Assembly (NCBI RefSeq): GCF_001447785.1
Contig: NW_015169184.1
Span: 767,453 to 831,452, forward strand
DNA from: Gekko japonicus
Lineage: Eukaryota
Direction of reading: 5' to 3'
Length of the DNA stretch: 64,000 nt
Positions 25,984 through 37,273 of this stretch are shown here, piece after piece (the stretch's first letter is position 1; each line of letters begins with the position of its first letter). Both the position numbers and the translations under genes were made by a program. Below the pieces are notes generated by a model, which did not search any database, was not told where the DNA came from, and saw nothing but the letters and a program-made list of their open reading frames with translations.

Positions 25984-26437
25984 TGAGGAAGAGCTTAAAC
26001 ATACTTTGAGTATTGTTCTGAGTTGTGTATGAAATAAAATCGTGCCACGTTTCAAAAAAAGTGCTGTGGGAATATGAACAACTCCCGTGAGGCATGCCCA
26101 GGACGAGTTCCAGTTCTCACCGGGGGATTGGCAAGCAGTGCACAGAGTGTGCTGAGTCTGCATGAGTTTGCTGAGAAAATGAACTTGGCTACATTTGGGC
26201 AAGATAGGAGCGCTTCAGCGTAAAGAACATTCTGTTAAGAACATACTGTGATATTAGAGCGAGCCTTCTATTGTAACATTTTCACTGTCCCGTGTGTGAG
26301 CCTACTTGATTCTAATAAAGCGCTGCTGACAGGCAGTTCAGGAGGACACACAGAACAGCTGGGACAGAGAGAGAGCTGAGCTTGATCAGAGAGCTTGTAC
26401 AGACCTCTGTGTGTTGTGTCATTTATTTGAACCCTCA
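25984..26437 (+). mobile_element. Solo LTR inserted in an L1-like 3' end
   Basis: TGAGG...CCTCA termini, AATAAA ~26314, near-TSD AATC/AAAC. Confidence 0.55.
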
Positions 26438-26735
26438 AAACCTACAGTCTGCAGCTTTGGCTTTGGATTTGATTATTCTAATCTGATTTGTTAATTTTTC
26501 AGCCATCGCAATCTGCCATAACTCAGAATATCATGAGTGTAATGTTAATAATTCTGCGGCTTTCCAACTTCTAGCAACTATCTTGCGTGCCGCCATTAAC
26601 ATAAACACCATTAGTCCTTTAGAAGTCACCTTTTCATTTTGTTTCTCCCATATTGTTAATAGGGCCAAAACTGGTGTAACACAGATGGTTTGACGTGTGA
26701 TTTTTGCAATTTCTGCAAATAAATTTCTCCCAGAA
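26438..26735 (-). mobile_element. L1-like ORF2 C-terminal fragment
   Basis: LMAARKIVARSWK motif; sequence continues left of the LTR toward an A-rich tail. Confidence 0.55.
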
Positions 26736-27151
26736 CTCAAGACTGTCTATTCAAATGGGCAGTGGCTCTACAGGGTCTTAAGGAAAGGTCTTTCAGATCC
26801 CCTGCTACCTGACCCTTACAACTGGAGGAGTTGGGGACTGAACCTGGCATGCCAGAGACTGAATCACAACTCCTCCCCCCAAAGGCAGCAAAAGCCCTTG
26901 GGACCCTGGACTCATGTCATTTTTCACAGCCCAGCTTCTGGAAGGCCCCTCTTTCAAATCTGCCTCTGGCTGATGGCTTCCCATCAGAAGGACTACTTTG
27001 ATCTCCTCACTCAAACCACCTGTAAAGCTCTCAAGACAGATAATAACACTTTCATGCTAGACTGGAAACAGGAAAAAAGTAAGCCACAAACTTTCATTAC
27101 AGAGTTACGCCTGCACAGGTTTACCAGCTGTAAAGATTACTGAAACCATAC

Positions 27152-27262
27152 CTGGATTTGGGCTCTTTTTCTCAGCGTAGATCAGTGCCATCATTGTGCA
27201 AAGGGATACATCTTGCTTGTTTTTAATAGATTCAAGCTCCAAAAGAGCCTCTTGAGTGAACC
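27152..27262 (-). CDS. TTC21B: TTC21B coding exon 3
   Basis: 111 nt; (G)FTQEALLELESIKNKQDVSLCTMMALIYAEKKSPNP(D); TTAG/GTATG. Confidence 0.95.
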
Positions 27263-27469
27263 CTAAGGAAACAAATCCAACCAGGTAACTTGTACTGAGT
27301 GCAATGGGATCTCTGTTTACCCAATAAAATTACCTTGTGCTTCAAATAATAAAAATGATATGCATTTCATTTGAGAGAGTTACTCTAGAATGGCCTCTGT
27401 AAACCTTACTCTTCATTATTTAAGACCGTAAGTAGTAAAATTCAGGAAGAACTTTTAAAGAATGTTCAC

Positions 27470-27943
27470 TTTAAAAAGGATGTGGACAGAATGGAGCAGG
27501 TGCAGAGCAGAGTGACAAGGATGATCGGGGGCCTGGAGACCAAGCCCTATGAGGAAAGGCTGGGGGACTTGGGAATGTTCAGTCTGCAGAAGAGGAGGTT
27601 GAGGGGGGATATGATTGCTGTCTTCAAGTATCTGAAGGGCTGTCACTTAGAGGAGGGCAGGGAGCTGTTCCTGTTGGCAGCAGAGGATAGGACTCACGAT
27701 AATGGGTTTAAATTAAGGACCGGAAGGTTCTGGCTGGATATTAGGAAAAACTTCTTTTACAGTAAGAGTTGTGCAACACTGGAATCAGCTGCCTAGGGAG
27801 GTGGTGAGCTCCTCCTCACTGGCAGTCTTTAAGCAGAGTCTGGACATTCACTTGTCAGGGATATACTGTAGGCTTATCCTGCATTGAGCAGGGGGTTGGA
27901 CTAGATGGCTTGTATGGCCCCTTCCCAACTCTGTGATTCTATG
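27470..27943 (+). mobile_element. CR1 LINE 3' fragment
   Basis: MEQVQSRVTRMIGGLETKPYEERL...LRGDMIAVFKYLKG; GTGATTCTATGA tail. Confidence 0.93.
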
Positions 27944-27995
27944 AGTACAATGCTAGAAAAATGCACAGGAACCCCCTCCCCTCTAATTCACTAAA

Positions 27996-28370
27996 GCAGT
28001 GTTTACCAAACTGTGGGTCAGGATCCGAAAGTGTCATGAGACCTCTGAAAGCGGGTCGTAAGACAGCCCTCCCTAATGGCTGCCTCTGCCCTTTCCACTG
28101 TTCTCTTTTGTATTTTGAAAACTAAGATCTGACCCTGAAAAAAGTATCTTGGGGTTCATCGTGGAGGCAGCTGCACCACTTGTGCGAGGTTTGTTGATTT
28201 CTCAAACACATCTAGTTAGCCACTGTACAAAATGGAATGCTGAAATAGATGGGTACCAAGGTCACTAAGGCACCAAAAAAACCCTTGGCCTAGACTTGGA
28301 TGGGTCACCATACCAAGTAAATTTGGACACTTGAGTCACCATACAAAAAAGGCTGGGAACCACTACGCTG
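27996..28370. mobile_element. hAT/Charlie-like remnant
   Basis: CAGTGTTTACCAAAC...GGCTGGGAACCACT termini. Confidence 0.45.
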
Positions 28371-28622
28371 GAGGAAATGGGACTACAAAAGGAAGAAAAG
28401 AAACACTGCGGGCAAAAAAGCCAAGCAAAGCCTTTGTAGCACCTGCCACTCAGTTGAGCTGCACATGCCAAAGATGGTAGAAATCACTTCAAAGGGTGTT
28501 GATGATTTAGGACCCAACTAGAAGAGCCATGAAAGACTCACGATGAGAAACTTCTGTGCTTGCGTGTTTTCAGCAAAGACACAATGTTTAAAATGTTCCA
28601 AAGAGATTCACTCAGTCATTAC

Positions 28623-28752
28623 CTTCCATCAGCATGCCATAAGCTCGGTAGAAAATGAACACTGGGTCATTGCTGAACATCTTGAGTCCCTCATTTGCAA
28701 CAGTTTGGACATGATGAAAGTAGCCTTCCTGGCAATAGTAATTAATTAAGGC
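28623..28752 (-). CDS. TTC21B: TTC21B coding exon 2
   Basis: 130 nt; [43 protein letters not shown](G); TTTCAG/GTAAT. Confidence 0.96.
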
Positions 28753-28834
28753 CTGAAAGGAAATGATTGAACATAAACAGAGGAGTATATTAATAACATC
28801 AGAATGGGGGGCAGGGGTGGACAGAGGCATGCCC

Positions 28835-30420
28835 AATATTTTCAGCTGCCTGGGAAAGAAAATAGCTTTATCTTCCTTTTCAACTAGTTCTGTAGAATCT
28901 TATGGTCTCTGTCAGCGCTTGGTCCCAAAAACTATAAAAGTATACTTTTATAATAAGTATAATTACAAAATTATAAGCTCATTTAACCGTCTTGGATATA
29001 CCACTTATTTTTAAAAGCAGTCTTTTTTTCTAGAATTGTGAAATCCCTTAAAATGACCCTTTATTTACTTCAGAGTAGGCAGTCTTTCCCTGCCAACCTA
29101 GCAGTTCGAAAGCAAGAAATTGCAAGTAGATAAATAGGGACCACTTTGGTGGGAAGGTAACAGCGTTCTGTGCGCCTTGGTGTTTAGTCATGCCAGCCAC
29201 ATGACCACGGAAACGTCTTTGGACAGCGCTGGCTCTTCAGCTTAGAAACGGAGATGAGCACCGCAACCCTAGAGTCGGATTGGACTGGCTTTCGAGCAAG
29301 GGAACCTTTACCTTTAGGCAGTCTTTATATTCAACTATCCCTCTTTGCTTCTTCCCAGTTCAACTACCTGACATGTTGGTATGCTGAGCTAGTATTTATT
29401 TTTCTTCCAGCTCCAACTCCCCATAATCAATTTGGCTGGCCCTGAATGGATACCAAAATTACATATACTGCTTCAGCCTCAGTTATTAGAGGGTAAAGGT
29501 ATAATTCTCAAACTTTCAGGGAATAGTTTCCAGGATGACTGGGGAGCCTTGAACAGAATGTTTCAGAGGATTCTGAAGAATGACCTGGGGTACACATTCA
29601 GTTCACGTGATGCACATTCAGACAGGCCTCACTGTCACCCGGTGTGAACTGAAAGTGCCACCTAGCTTGAACATACTCCTTCAGCTGCACATCACAGAGA
29701 AAATGCAAGCTGTGTTGTCCATCGATAAGCGATGTTTTCACTGAGAAACTCGAGGAACTCCAGAATTCTCTGGAATACAATGAAAGCCACAATAATAGTT
29801 TATTTTAACTTTTATTATGTATGTTTTCATCTGTTAGCTGCCTCAACGGCCCTTGTAAGGGTATAAAAGGCAGGGTATAAATTCTGTAAATAAATAAGCA
29901 CATTATGATGCTGAACAAATTTGCCCCTCCTGCTGACCTCCTTTTCTCCCAAATGTCCACTTCCTCAAGCCCACCTCACGAATTCAGATCTCATCATCTA
30001 ATAGGAAAGCTGTAATCTGAATTACTTTGTGAAGGAAAAAAATGGAACTAGCTAGCTACTGAGTGCTGTGTGAGATGGCGATTTCATGAGCCTCATAAAC
30101 ACAGTCTTTGTGACCTAATTTACATGGAATTAGTACTCATCCTCTGAACATTTTACAGCATGCTGTAATTTTTCATGGTTTTACTGCTTGCTTACTATAC
30201 AAGAACAGGAATGCTCATGTAAAATATTTTCAGCTGCCTGGGAAAGAAAATAGCTTTATCTTCCTTTTCAACTAGTTCTGTAGAATCTTATGGTCTCTGT
30301 CAGCGCTTGGTCCCAAAAACTATAAAAGTATAATTTTATAATAAGTATAATTACAAAATTATAAGCTCATTTAACCGTCTTGGATATACCACTTATTTTT
30401 AAAAGCAGTCTTTTTTTCTA
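28835..30420. repeat. 198-bp dispersed direct repeat (28835-29032, 30223-30420)
   Basis: 197/198 identical, offset 1388 bp. Confidence 0.95.
29086..29316 (+). mobile_element. Sauria (Squam1) SINE, 5'-truncated
   Basis: CCTAGCAGTTCGAAAGC...CACATGACCACGG...GAGATGAGCACCGC; (ACCTTT)n tail. Confidence 0.85.
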
Positions 30421-30842
30421 ACATTTTTTTTCAAAAAAGGAGCATCAGCAAAGATACACTCTCTCCAACACATCTGTTTTTAAAAAATATATACTTAAGT
30501 TACAGATGCTTGGTCCAGATTCTTCAACTGGTTCAAAATATAGCAGCCAGACTACTGTCAGGGTTTGGATACAGGGATCGTATTGCTCCAGTGCTGAAAG
30601 ATTTATACTGACTGCCCATCTGTTTCTGGGCTCAATAAAGCTAGAAATGGCTTAGGGCTGGGGTAGCTGAAGAACCTCCCACTCCCACACTGTCCAGTTT
30701 ACCAGTTAAGATTTGCTTCACAAGCCCTCCTCTCTGTGCCCCCACCTGCAGAGGTGAGACAGGTGGCAACTAAAGGATTACTGGGTTAGCAGAGTGCTCA
30801 AGGCATGTATTGCAGCAGAGTCTAACTGGTTTGTGTGTGCTG

Positions 30843-31140
30843 TAAAGGTAAAGGTTTCCCTTGCTTGAAAGCCAGTTGAATTCGACTCTAGGGGGCGGTG
30901 CTCATGTCTGTTTCCAAGCTGAAGAGCCAGCGCTGTCCGAAGACTTCTCCGTGGTCATGTGGCCGGCATGACTAAATGCTGAGGCGCACGGAATGCTGTT
31001 ACCTTCCCACCAAAGCGGCACCTATTTATCTACTTGCAATTTCTTGCTTTCAAACTCCTAGGTTGGCAGGAGCTGGGGCCAGAGACAGGAGCTCACTCCG
31101 GCACTAGGGTCTCAAACTGCCAAGCAACAGACCTCCCAGT
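30843..31140 (-). mobile_element. Sauria SINE
   Basis: Reverse complement of same family; AAAGGTAAAGGT tail on plus strand. Confidence 0.85.
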
Positions 31141-31822
31141 CTGCAACTGGCCCCTGTGTGTGCTCACAAGAAACAAAGTTACAGATGGAGCCTCTTTATC
31201 TTTGCAAGAGTTAATCTGAGTCCTTTATTGTAAGGAACTCCATTCTAGACAAGATAGAAGCAGGATTCTAATCTAGTCTAACTAACTAGGATGGATAGAG
31301 ATGCAAGAAGCATGCCCTGCCCTCATGGTGCCAAGATGGAAAAGTACAGCATAGTGTGAAAAGAAGGTGTCAGGCCGGAAGGAAGATTCACTGAGAGTAG
31401 CAGCCTACACATCAAAGGGATAGCATCAGAGCAGTAGAAGGGAAGGATGATCAGGGTTCTGGCTTACCTATCTCTCTGACTCTCAACAGCCCCCTCTGAA
31501 GTCAGAAGTCGAGACAGCACAAAGTCCTTTACTTCCAACAGCAACCACAGACAGGGCTTTTTCAGTAGTGTTACCCTTCCTCTTGAAGCTTGCCTGGCAC
31601 CTATGTTGCTCTCCTTTAGCAAAAACGTTTGTTTTCCCAGGCTTTTAAATAAGGGATTGATGTTTGACCACCATTTTAATAGCATATTTTAGTTTGAAAA
31701 CTAGTCATTTTAAGCTGCATAATTATGTTTTTATGTTGGGTTTTGTTTTTAATTATGTTTTATTTTGTAAGCTGTCTTGGGTAGGTTCCCTGTAGAGGCA
31801 GCATAAAAATAAAGTTATCTGT

Positions 31823-32365
31823 GGCCCCGGGCACACGGGCCGGAAAATTGGGGGGGGGGAGGCGAGGCTAATTGCCCCGGAGGAAAATAACGCACGGCAA
31901 CCCGATCAGAAGTCCTTTCGAGGTCCCGTGGGTAGGCGTCAGGTGCAGATCAGATGGCTAGTCCGCAACGCGGCAAAGAAGCAGCATGGCATGTTCAAAC
32001 CGGCACTCGCGCCGCGCTGCTCCTGTGGCAAACGCCGCTTCCTGTTTGTGCGCATGCGCCATTGGGCGCTTTTCTGCATCCTGCGGAGACTTGGGGGGGG
32101 ATCTCCTTGGTTGCGATGGAACATCGACAGCCGCCAGATGCCACGACAGTCCACTGGAAACGCGGTCAGACGCCCACCCTTGCCCCGCAGTTTCCGGAAA
32201 CTAGTACCTCGTAGGTACTAGTTTTTAACTCCGCACCTTCAGCGGGGAGCCACAGGTTCGCCACGGGAGCACTGCGCTTCCCAGATGTTGGGGTGTGATC
32301 GTGCCCAGAAAATCTGCGGGACTCCCGTGCCTCTCCCGCGGCAACTTTGCCGTGTGACCGGGGCC
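31823..32365. mobile_element. PIF/Harbinger-like MITE
   Basis: TIR GGCCCCGG(G/T)CACACGG; 3-bp TSD TGT; CpG-rich. Confidence 0.85.
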
Positions 32366-32538
32366 TGTGTGTACTCCACTGTGTACACTTCCTCCCCCCT
32401 TTCAAGTAGCAAAGCTTATTCAGTCTTAGAAGGATTATCCCTGCTTCTTCCCTCCATCATTACATAGGAAAGGATACTGAGTATAGACACATCAGACTGG
32501 GACTAATATGACTTTAGCACAAACATTTCATCACTAAT

Positions 32539-32907
32539 GGCCCCGGTCACACAGGCCGGATATCGCGGGGGGGGGGAGGCGTGGCTAATTGCCCCGGCGC
32601 AGTTTGATCTGCGATTACGCGATCAGACGCACCAGCGGCACATCACGGGTCCTTCCCTCGGCGCCGGCGGGTAAACGAGGGACCGGAGGGGAATGCCGTG
32701 CGCCAGCGCGATCACACCACAGGAGTCTGGAGGCAGCCTGTGGCAAACGTTTACTAGTACCTTGGAGGTACTAGTTTTTTAACTCGCATTGTCGGCAGTA
32801 AGCCACGGGTGCGCTCCACTTCCCAGATGTTGGGGTGTGATCGTGCCCGGATAATCCGCCCACCATCCGTGCCTCTCCCGTGGCAACTTTGCCGTGTGAC
32901 CGGGGCC
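32539..32907. mobile_element. PIF/Harbinger-like MITE
   Basis: TIR GGCCCCGGTCACAC; 3-bp TSD AAT. Confidence 0.85.
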
Positions 32908-34229
32908 AATGTTTAACTTTTTTTGACTGATTCACACATGGAGCAAAAGTGCATACACTGGAATTTGGATTCGTAAACAAATGCTGCTTTACCAGTTGCA
33001 GGCTCTGATCTAGCAGAGTACCTGCTCAAGAGCATTAGTGTGCATAGCATACAGATGAAGGGACTAGATGGGGATGTGAGAGGGGTTTCTTAACCTCTCC
33101 CCCCATTCCCCACAATGCCGTCTTGCATAAGGTTGAGTGCTCCACTTGGAAAGAAAAGTAGAGCTCCGCAGTGCAACTTCTCCCTGCCAAGGCTGAGCTC
33201 TGCGTTTTAAGCATACACTTAAGAGGCTTTAGACATGCATTTAAAAATGTCGTGTGTCACAGTGAGATGCTTGTGATTGCCGATGCATGTTTGTAAAACC
33301 ATAATGGAACTGGGATTGATTGATGTTTCCAGATTTGTTGCCATGTAATGCCAACTCTTCCTAAAGTATGAAGGTGAGACTAACACATGTACACAATGCA
33401 ATGGACATGTGTGTCAAGAAGCCCCTGTTGTTCTGTAACATGGAACTTGTGTTTCTGTAAGCACAGTTTTCTTACAATGTATGGTTTGATTGTACTGGCA
33501 CATAGGCGGCAAATGTAACATGTGTGAAGCTTGTTTGCTGTAGGACACACACACACACCCCATGCACACACAGGTAAAATGCAGGGGTAAGATACAGATG
33601 TAAACAAATTATCAGGTTTCTGAAATGCATGTGCTTAAAGATGTATGCACGAATAAGTTGTACTTCCACATTTTAAGCCCTCTGCTACAGAAACCTAATG
33701 TTCCCTGCAGTTCTTCAGATGGTTGAAAAATGCAAACACACATGTATGACGTTACATGTTTGCTGCAAGAAACGCTGACATTTCTCGGAGTCTTCCTAAA
33801 GGCATGACAGCTTGCCAGGTGACCTTGTGCCACTCACACACTCAGCCTAACCTATCTCACATGGTTGTAAAGCGGAGGAGAGGAGATCTATGTAAGCTGC
33901 TTTGGGTTCCCACTGGGGAGACAGGCGGGGTATAAATGATCTAAAAACACAAATACTTGAAGCCCTCCTGAATCGACTGGGGGAAGGAGGCCAAGCATAT
34001 TCTGTGCTAAATACATTTCGAATTGGGACTAGAAAAGGAAAAGATTGGAGGAGGGGGGGGAGCGCCCTGGCCAGCTGGCGAAAACTATACAAAACACACT
34101 GGCTGAGAAGCCGCGTTTCCAGTACCAGCTTTAAAAAAAAAAAAACCGGGGTCGAACATACAAAGAGCATTTCTGCCTCCTAGCAAACAGTGTGTGTGTG
34201 TGGGGAGGGGGGGCTGAGATCTGCTTCCT

Positions 34230-34880
34230 TCCCTAAGGCGGAGGAACAGAAGCAAGCAAGCCGCAAGACGAGGAGGAGGCGCGATGCCGAAGTGAAGAAG
34301 AAAGGGAAGGCGCAATGCAACAGGGAGACCTCGATCGCTGGAAACGGGGAGGAGGCGAGAAGAGGCCGTGACCAACCTGCAGCTGGGAGGAATCCATGGC
34401 CGCCGGAAACAGCAGTAGTAGCAACCCCCGTTGCCAATACACAAGAACAACATCAGCACCATCGGCGTCAGGAGGCACAGCCTATAGGGAAGGCGGAGAG
34501 ATCGGCCCGGGGCCGGAACGCCTTCTCCTGGACCGCAGGGCAAGCGCCGGGAGAAAAGGGAAGGTTCCCATTGGCTCAACTAGAAAAGTAGGGCGGGGGA
34601 ATGAGGATTGCTTCCTCTTTGCAAGGAGCGTGCGTAACGAAGTGCGGGATTGCTGCCGACAAATGAAAGTCCAGGCTTCCCTTTCAGGGCGCATCCTCTT
34701 TGCCTGTCAGAACAGTGGGGAAAAGAAGCTGCGGCGAATGCGTGCAGTCTGTTGCAGTGCGGAGTACGCGTTGGTCTAGTTAGCTACGCTCCATAAGAAA
34801 CGAGCGTATTATAGTAATGTTAAATTCGAATTCGATTAACAGCAGATGAGAACATGCGTTGTGTATTTTTACGCGTGCTG
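34230..34880 (-). promoter_or_regulatory. TTC21B CpG-island-like promoter
   Basis: Local CpG enrichment; CCAAT (ATTGG 34570-34574), GC box GGGCGGGG 34591-34598, CCGGAA ETS-like sites, RFX half-sites TAGCAAC 34419-34425 and GTTGCCA 34430-34436. Confidence 0.75.
34377..34397 (-). CDS. TTC21B: TTC21B coding part of exon 1 (start codon)
   Basis: GCGGCC ATG GAT TCC TCC CAG CTG CAG|GTTGG = MDSSQLQ, 21 nt, strong Kozak context, inside CpG-rich region; phase 0 joins exon 2; recalled human exon 1 encodes MDSQELK. Confidence 0.88.
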
Positions 34881-35196
34881 TGTTTTTGCATTTCACATTG
34901 CCATTATCATTGGTTACCATATCCAGATACCTGTAGGCAGAAGTTCATTTATCAAGACCTGTTCACATTTTATTTATTTATTTATGAGATTTTCTTTTTT
35001 TAAATAATCCCGGCCTCTTCCACAAACGGGCTCAGGACTGGGTACAAAGTTCCACAAACACATAAAAGCATAATAATTAATTTCATTGGTGCGCTGCCCC
35101 TCGAAAAAATTCCTGGCTACTAGGCTGAACTTAGCCAGCCTACCCCCTGATTTGAACGCAGGCACATTGAGCTCTTGCCCCAGGTATAGCTCTTCC

Positions 35197-35510
35197 CAGG
35201 GCTCTTTTTGTAGAAAAAGCCCAGCAGGAACTCATTAGCATAATAGGCCACACCCAACAGTAGAAACTCATTAGCCTATTAGGCCACACCCCTGACAGCA
35301 CAGCTCATTAGCACATTAGGCCGCACCCCCGTGTTACCAGAAGTGTGGTCATCCAGCCACACCCACCTTTTGCTTCTTATTCTGTTTACCTTGTTTGTTG
35401 TCAAAATTCAGGGCTCTTTTTGTAGCAAGAACTCCTTTGCATGTTAGGCCACACACCCCTAATGTAGCCAATCCTAATGAGTTCCTGCTGGGCGTGGCCA
35501 ACTGGGGAGC
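35197..35510. mobile_element. Two fragments of the hAT MITE family with GCCACACCC repeats
   Basis: CAGGGCTCTTTTTGTAG starts at ~35197 and ~35409; repeated CTCATTAGCA...GGCCACACCC. Confidence 0.6.
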
Positions 35511-36103
35511 CAGCCAGAGTTCCTGTGCGTTCCTGCCCAAAAATAGCCCTGGCTCTTCCCTTCCCCCTTCAGTCAAGAGGTGACCACATGGCGGGGGACT
35601 TTCTTCTCAGTCTAGCTTTTCTATTGGCTGAGCAGAAGACAGTCAGGGAGAGGTGTGAGCCCGACGTCTGCGGATCCCCAGATTGTTTGATTTCACACAT
35701 ATAATGAATTTCTGGAATAGAGATTCATTGTGGACATGGCAAACTTCTGTTATACTGTGATTTCCAATTCTTAAATTGTCTTTCATAGTGTATATGGCCC
35801 ATGGGCTGTTAAACGGAACTGTGGGTCTCTAAGGCGCTACTGGAGTCTACCACAGACCAAGACAGTTACTTTCTGAAAGAAGTAGATCGATTGTGCATAA
35901 CTTCTTGAGATGGATGATGTGAGGGCCTTCCTTGCAGAAAGGGTTTTCCATCATGTAGAGGGCCATAACTGGAAAACCTTAGAACTGCTGTTCGCCGTCC
36001 TGCAGCAAGGAATCTCTAATAAGCCTTGTCTGCAGAGCAGAGCTGTTGCATCTGTTTGCCAGGTGCAATGGGCTCTGGTCCACAAAGAGGTAAGCAATAA
36101 ATG

Positions 36104-36384
36104 TGTTAAGTCGCTCGCTTAACAAAGCAGTCGGAGAGTGATTCAGCAAGAGCACCACTTTATTCTTCCACTCGAACACAACTCCAACACGGATCAACAT
36201 CAGATAGCCAGAACAGCCTTTACATTGCAGCTGTCCTGCTTTTAAACATTCCCGGCTAATGCAGCCACACCCACTGTACAAATACCAACCAATAAGGTTG
36301 TTCACATAAGGACCAATCGCGGATGTTCCCGTTCAGGGAGCTTGCTTGAAAGTGATTGGTTAGGTGCTTCCTGGGCTAGTAACA
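36104..36384 (-). mobile_element. Possible short solo LTR
   Basis: TGTTA...TAACA termini, CCAAT cluster, TTTAAAA, AATAAA in promoter-to-polyA order on minus strand; no TSD. Confidence 0.4.
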
Positions 36385-36703
36385 CGATTGGATGGATTTG
36401 GATCCTAGCCCAGGACGAAGCTTTACATTACATTTCAATTAGATGTTTCACAACATATCATGCATTCAAGGCAGCTTTGAATACACTACAAAATGTGTTG
36501 GTCTTTAAGGTGTCACAAGGCGCTTTGTTGTTTCTGCAGCAAGAAACAGGGCAGTGTGTGTTGGACTGGGGAGGCCTGCTACACTATGGAGCTCCTTGTG
36601 GGAACTTGAGTCTGTTGCACTCTCACAGCTTGACTTTCTTCACAGGGTTGTTGTGGGGATGAACTGCAGTGTCCTGAGCTTCATGGAGGAAGGGTGCGAT
36701 ATA

Positions 36704-37273
36704 AGGCCCCTTTCAAGCAGCCTTTGTAATCCATTTTGGTAGACAGTTGCTAACGGAGTTTTTGTCTCGTTTCAGACACAACCGTTTTCACAACCAGCTG
36801 CTAGCGGATTTTATTCACCTTTTCATACAAAGCCGTTTGCATTTGGTTAGCAAAGCATGGTTGAGCCCTTCTTGAGGTAAACTGCTTTCTTCCATTTTTA
36901 CCTCTTCTTCATGCTCCTGAATCGCTGTAGTGTTCTGTTTGAAATGTCTGCACGGCTTCCAATAGCGCCGCGCTCCCCCCCCCCCTTTTTTGCTGTGGGA
37001 TCTTCAGTGAACAGTAAGTTGAGTGCTATAGAATTAGACCAATGTAGCGCTTTAGTGCTATAGCTGCACTATTGAACAGTTCAAGGATGATTGCATGGGG
37101 GGGGGAAGGTGAGGGGGAGCACAGCACTGTTTGAAATGGCCAGATCGCTTCAAAGACGGCTCATTAACAGATTGAAAGTCCCTGAATGAAACCTCCATCC
37201 TTGTATCACTTTACTCAGAACCAGGCCAACAACAGATAACCTCCAGTTTAGCCTGGTAATGTGAAAGGGGTCT
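36704..37273. mobile_element. TIR element (MITE)
   Basis: AGGCCCCTTTCA...TGAAAGGGGTCT termini flanked by TA. Confidence 0.5.

Noticed and set aside
614-34397. Alternative identity TTC21A / other SCN paralogue
   Set aside because: The MDS- N-terminus, exon sizes and SCN1A-type C-terminus of the neighbour fit the TTC21B-SCN1A pair.
34085-34779. Several overlapping 80-164 aa ORFs at the TTC21B promoter
   Set aside because: GC-rich stop-poor sequence; only the 21-nt MDSSQLQ exon fits the gene.
35197-35380. Short spaced repeats (CTCATTAGC...GGCCACACCC) superficially like a CRISPR array
   Set aside because: Vertebrate DNA; these are subterminal repeats of a hAT MITE, with no cas genes.
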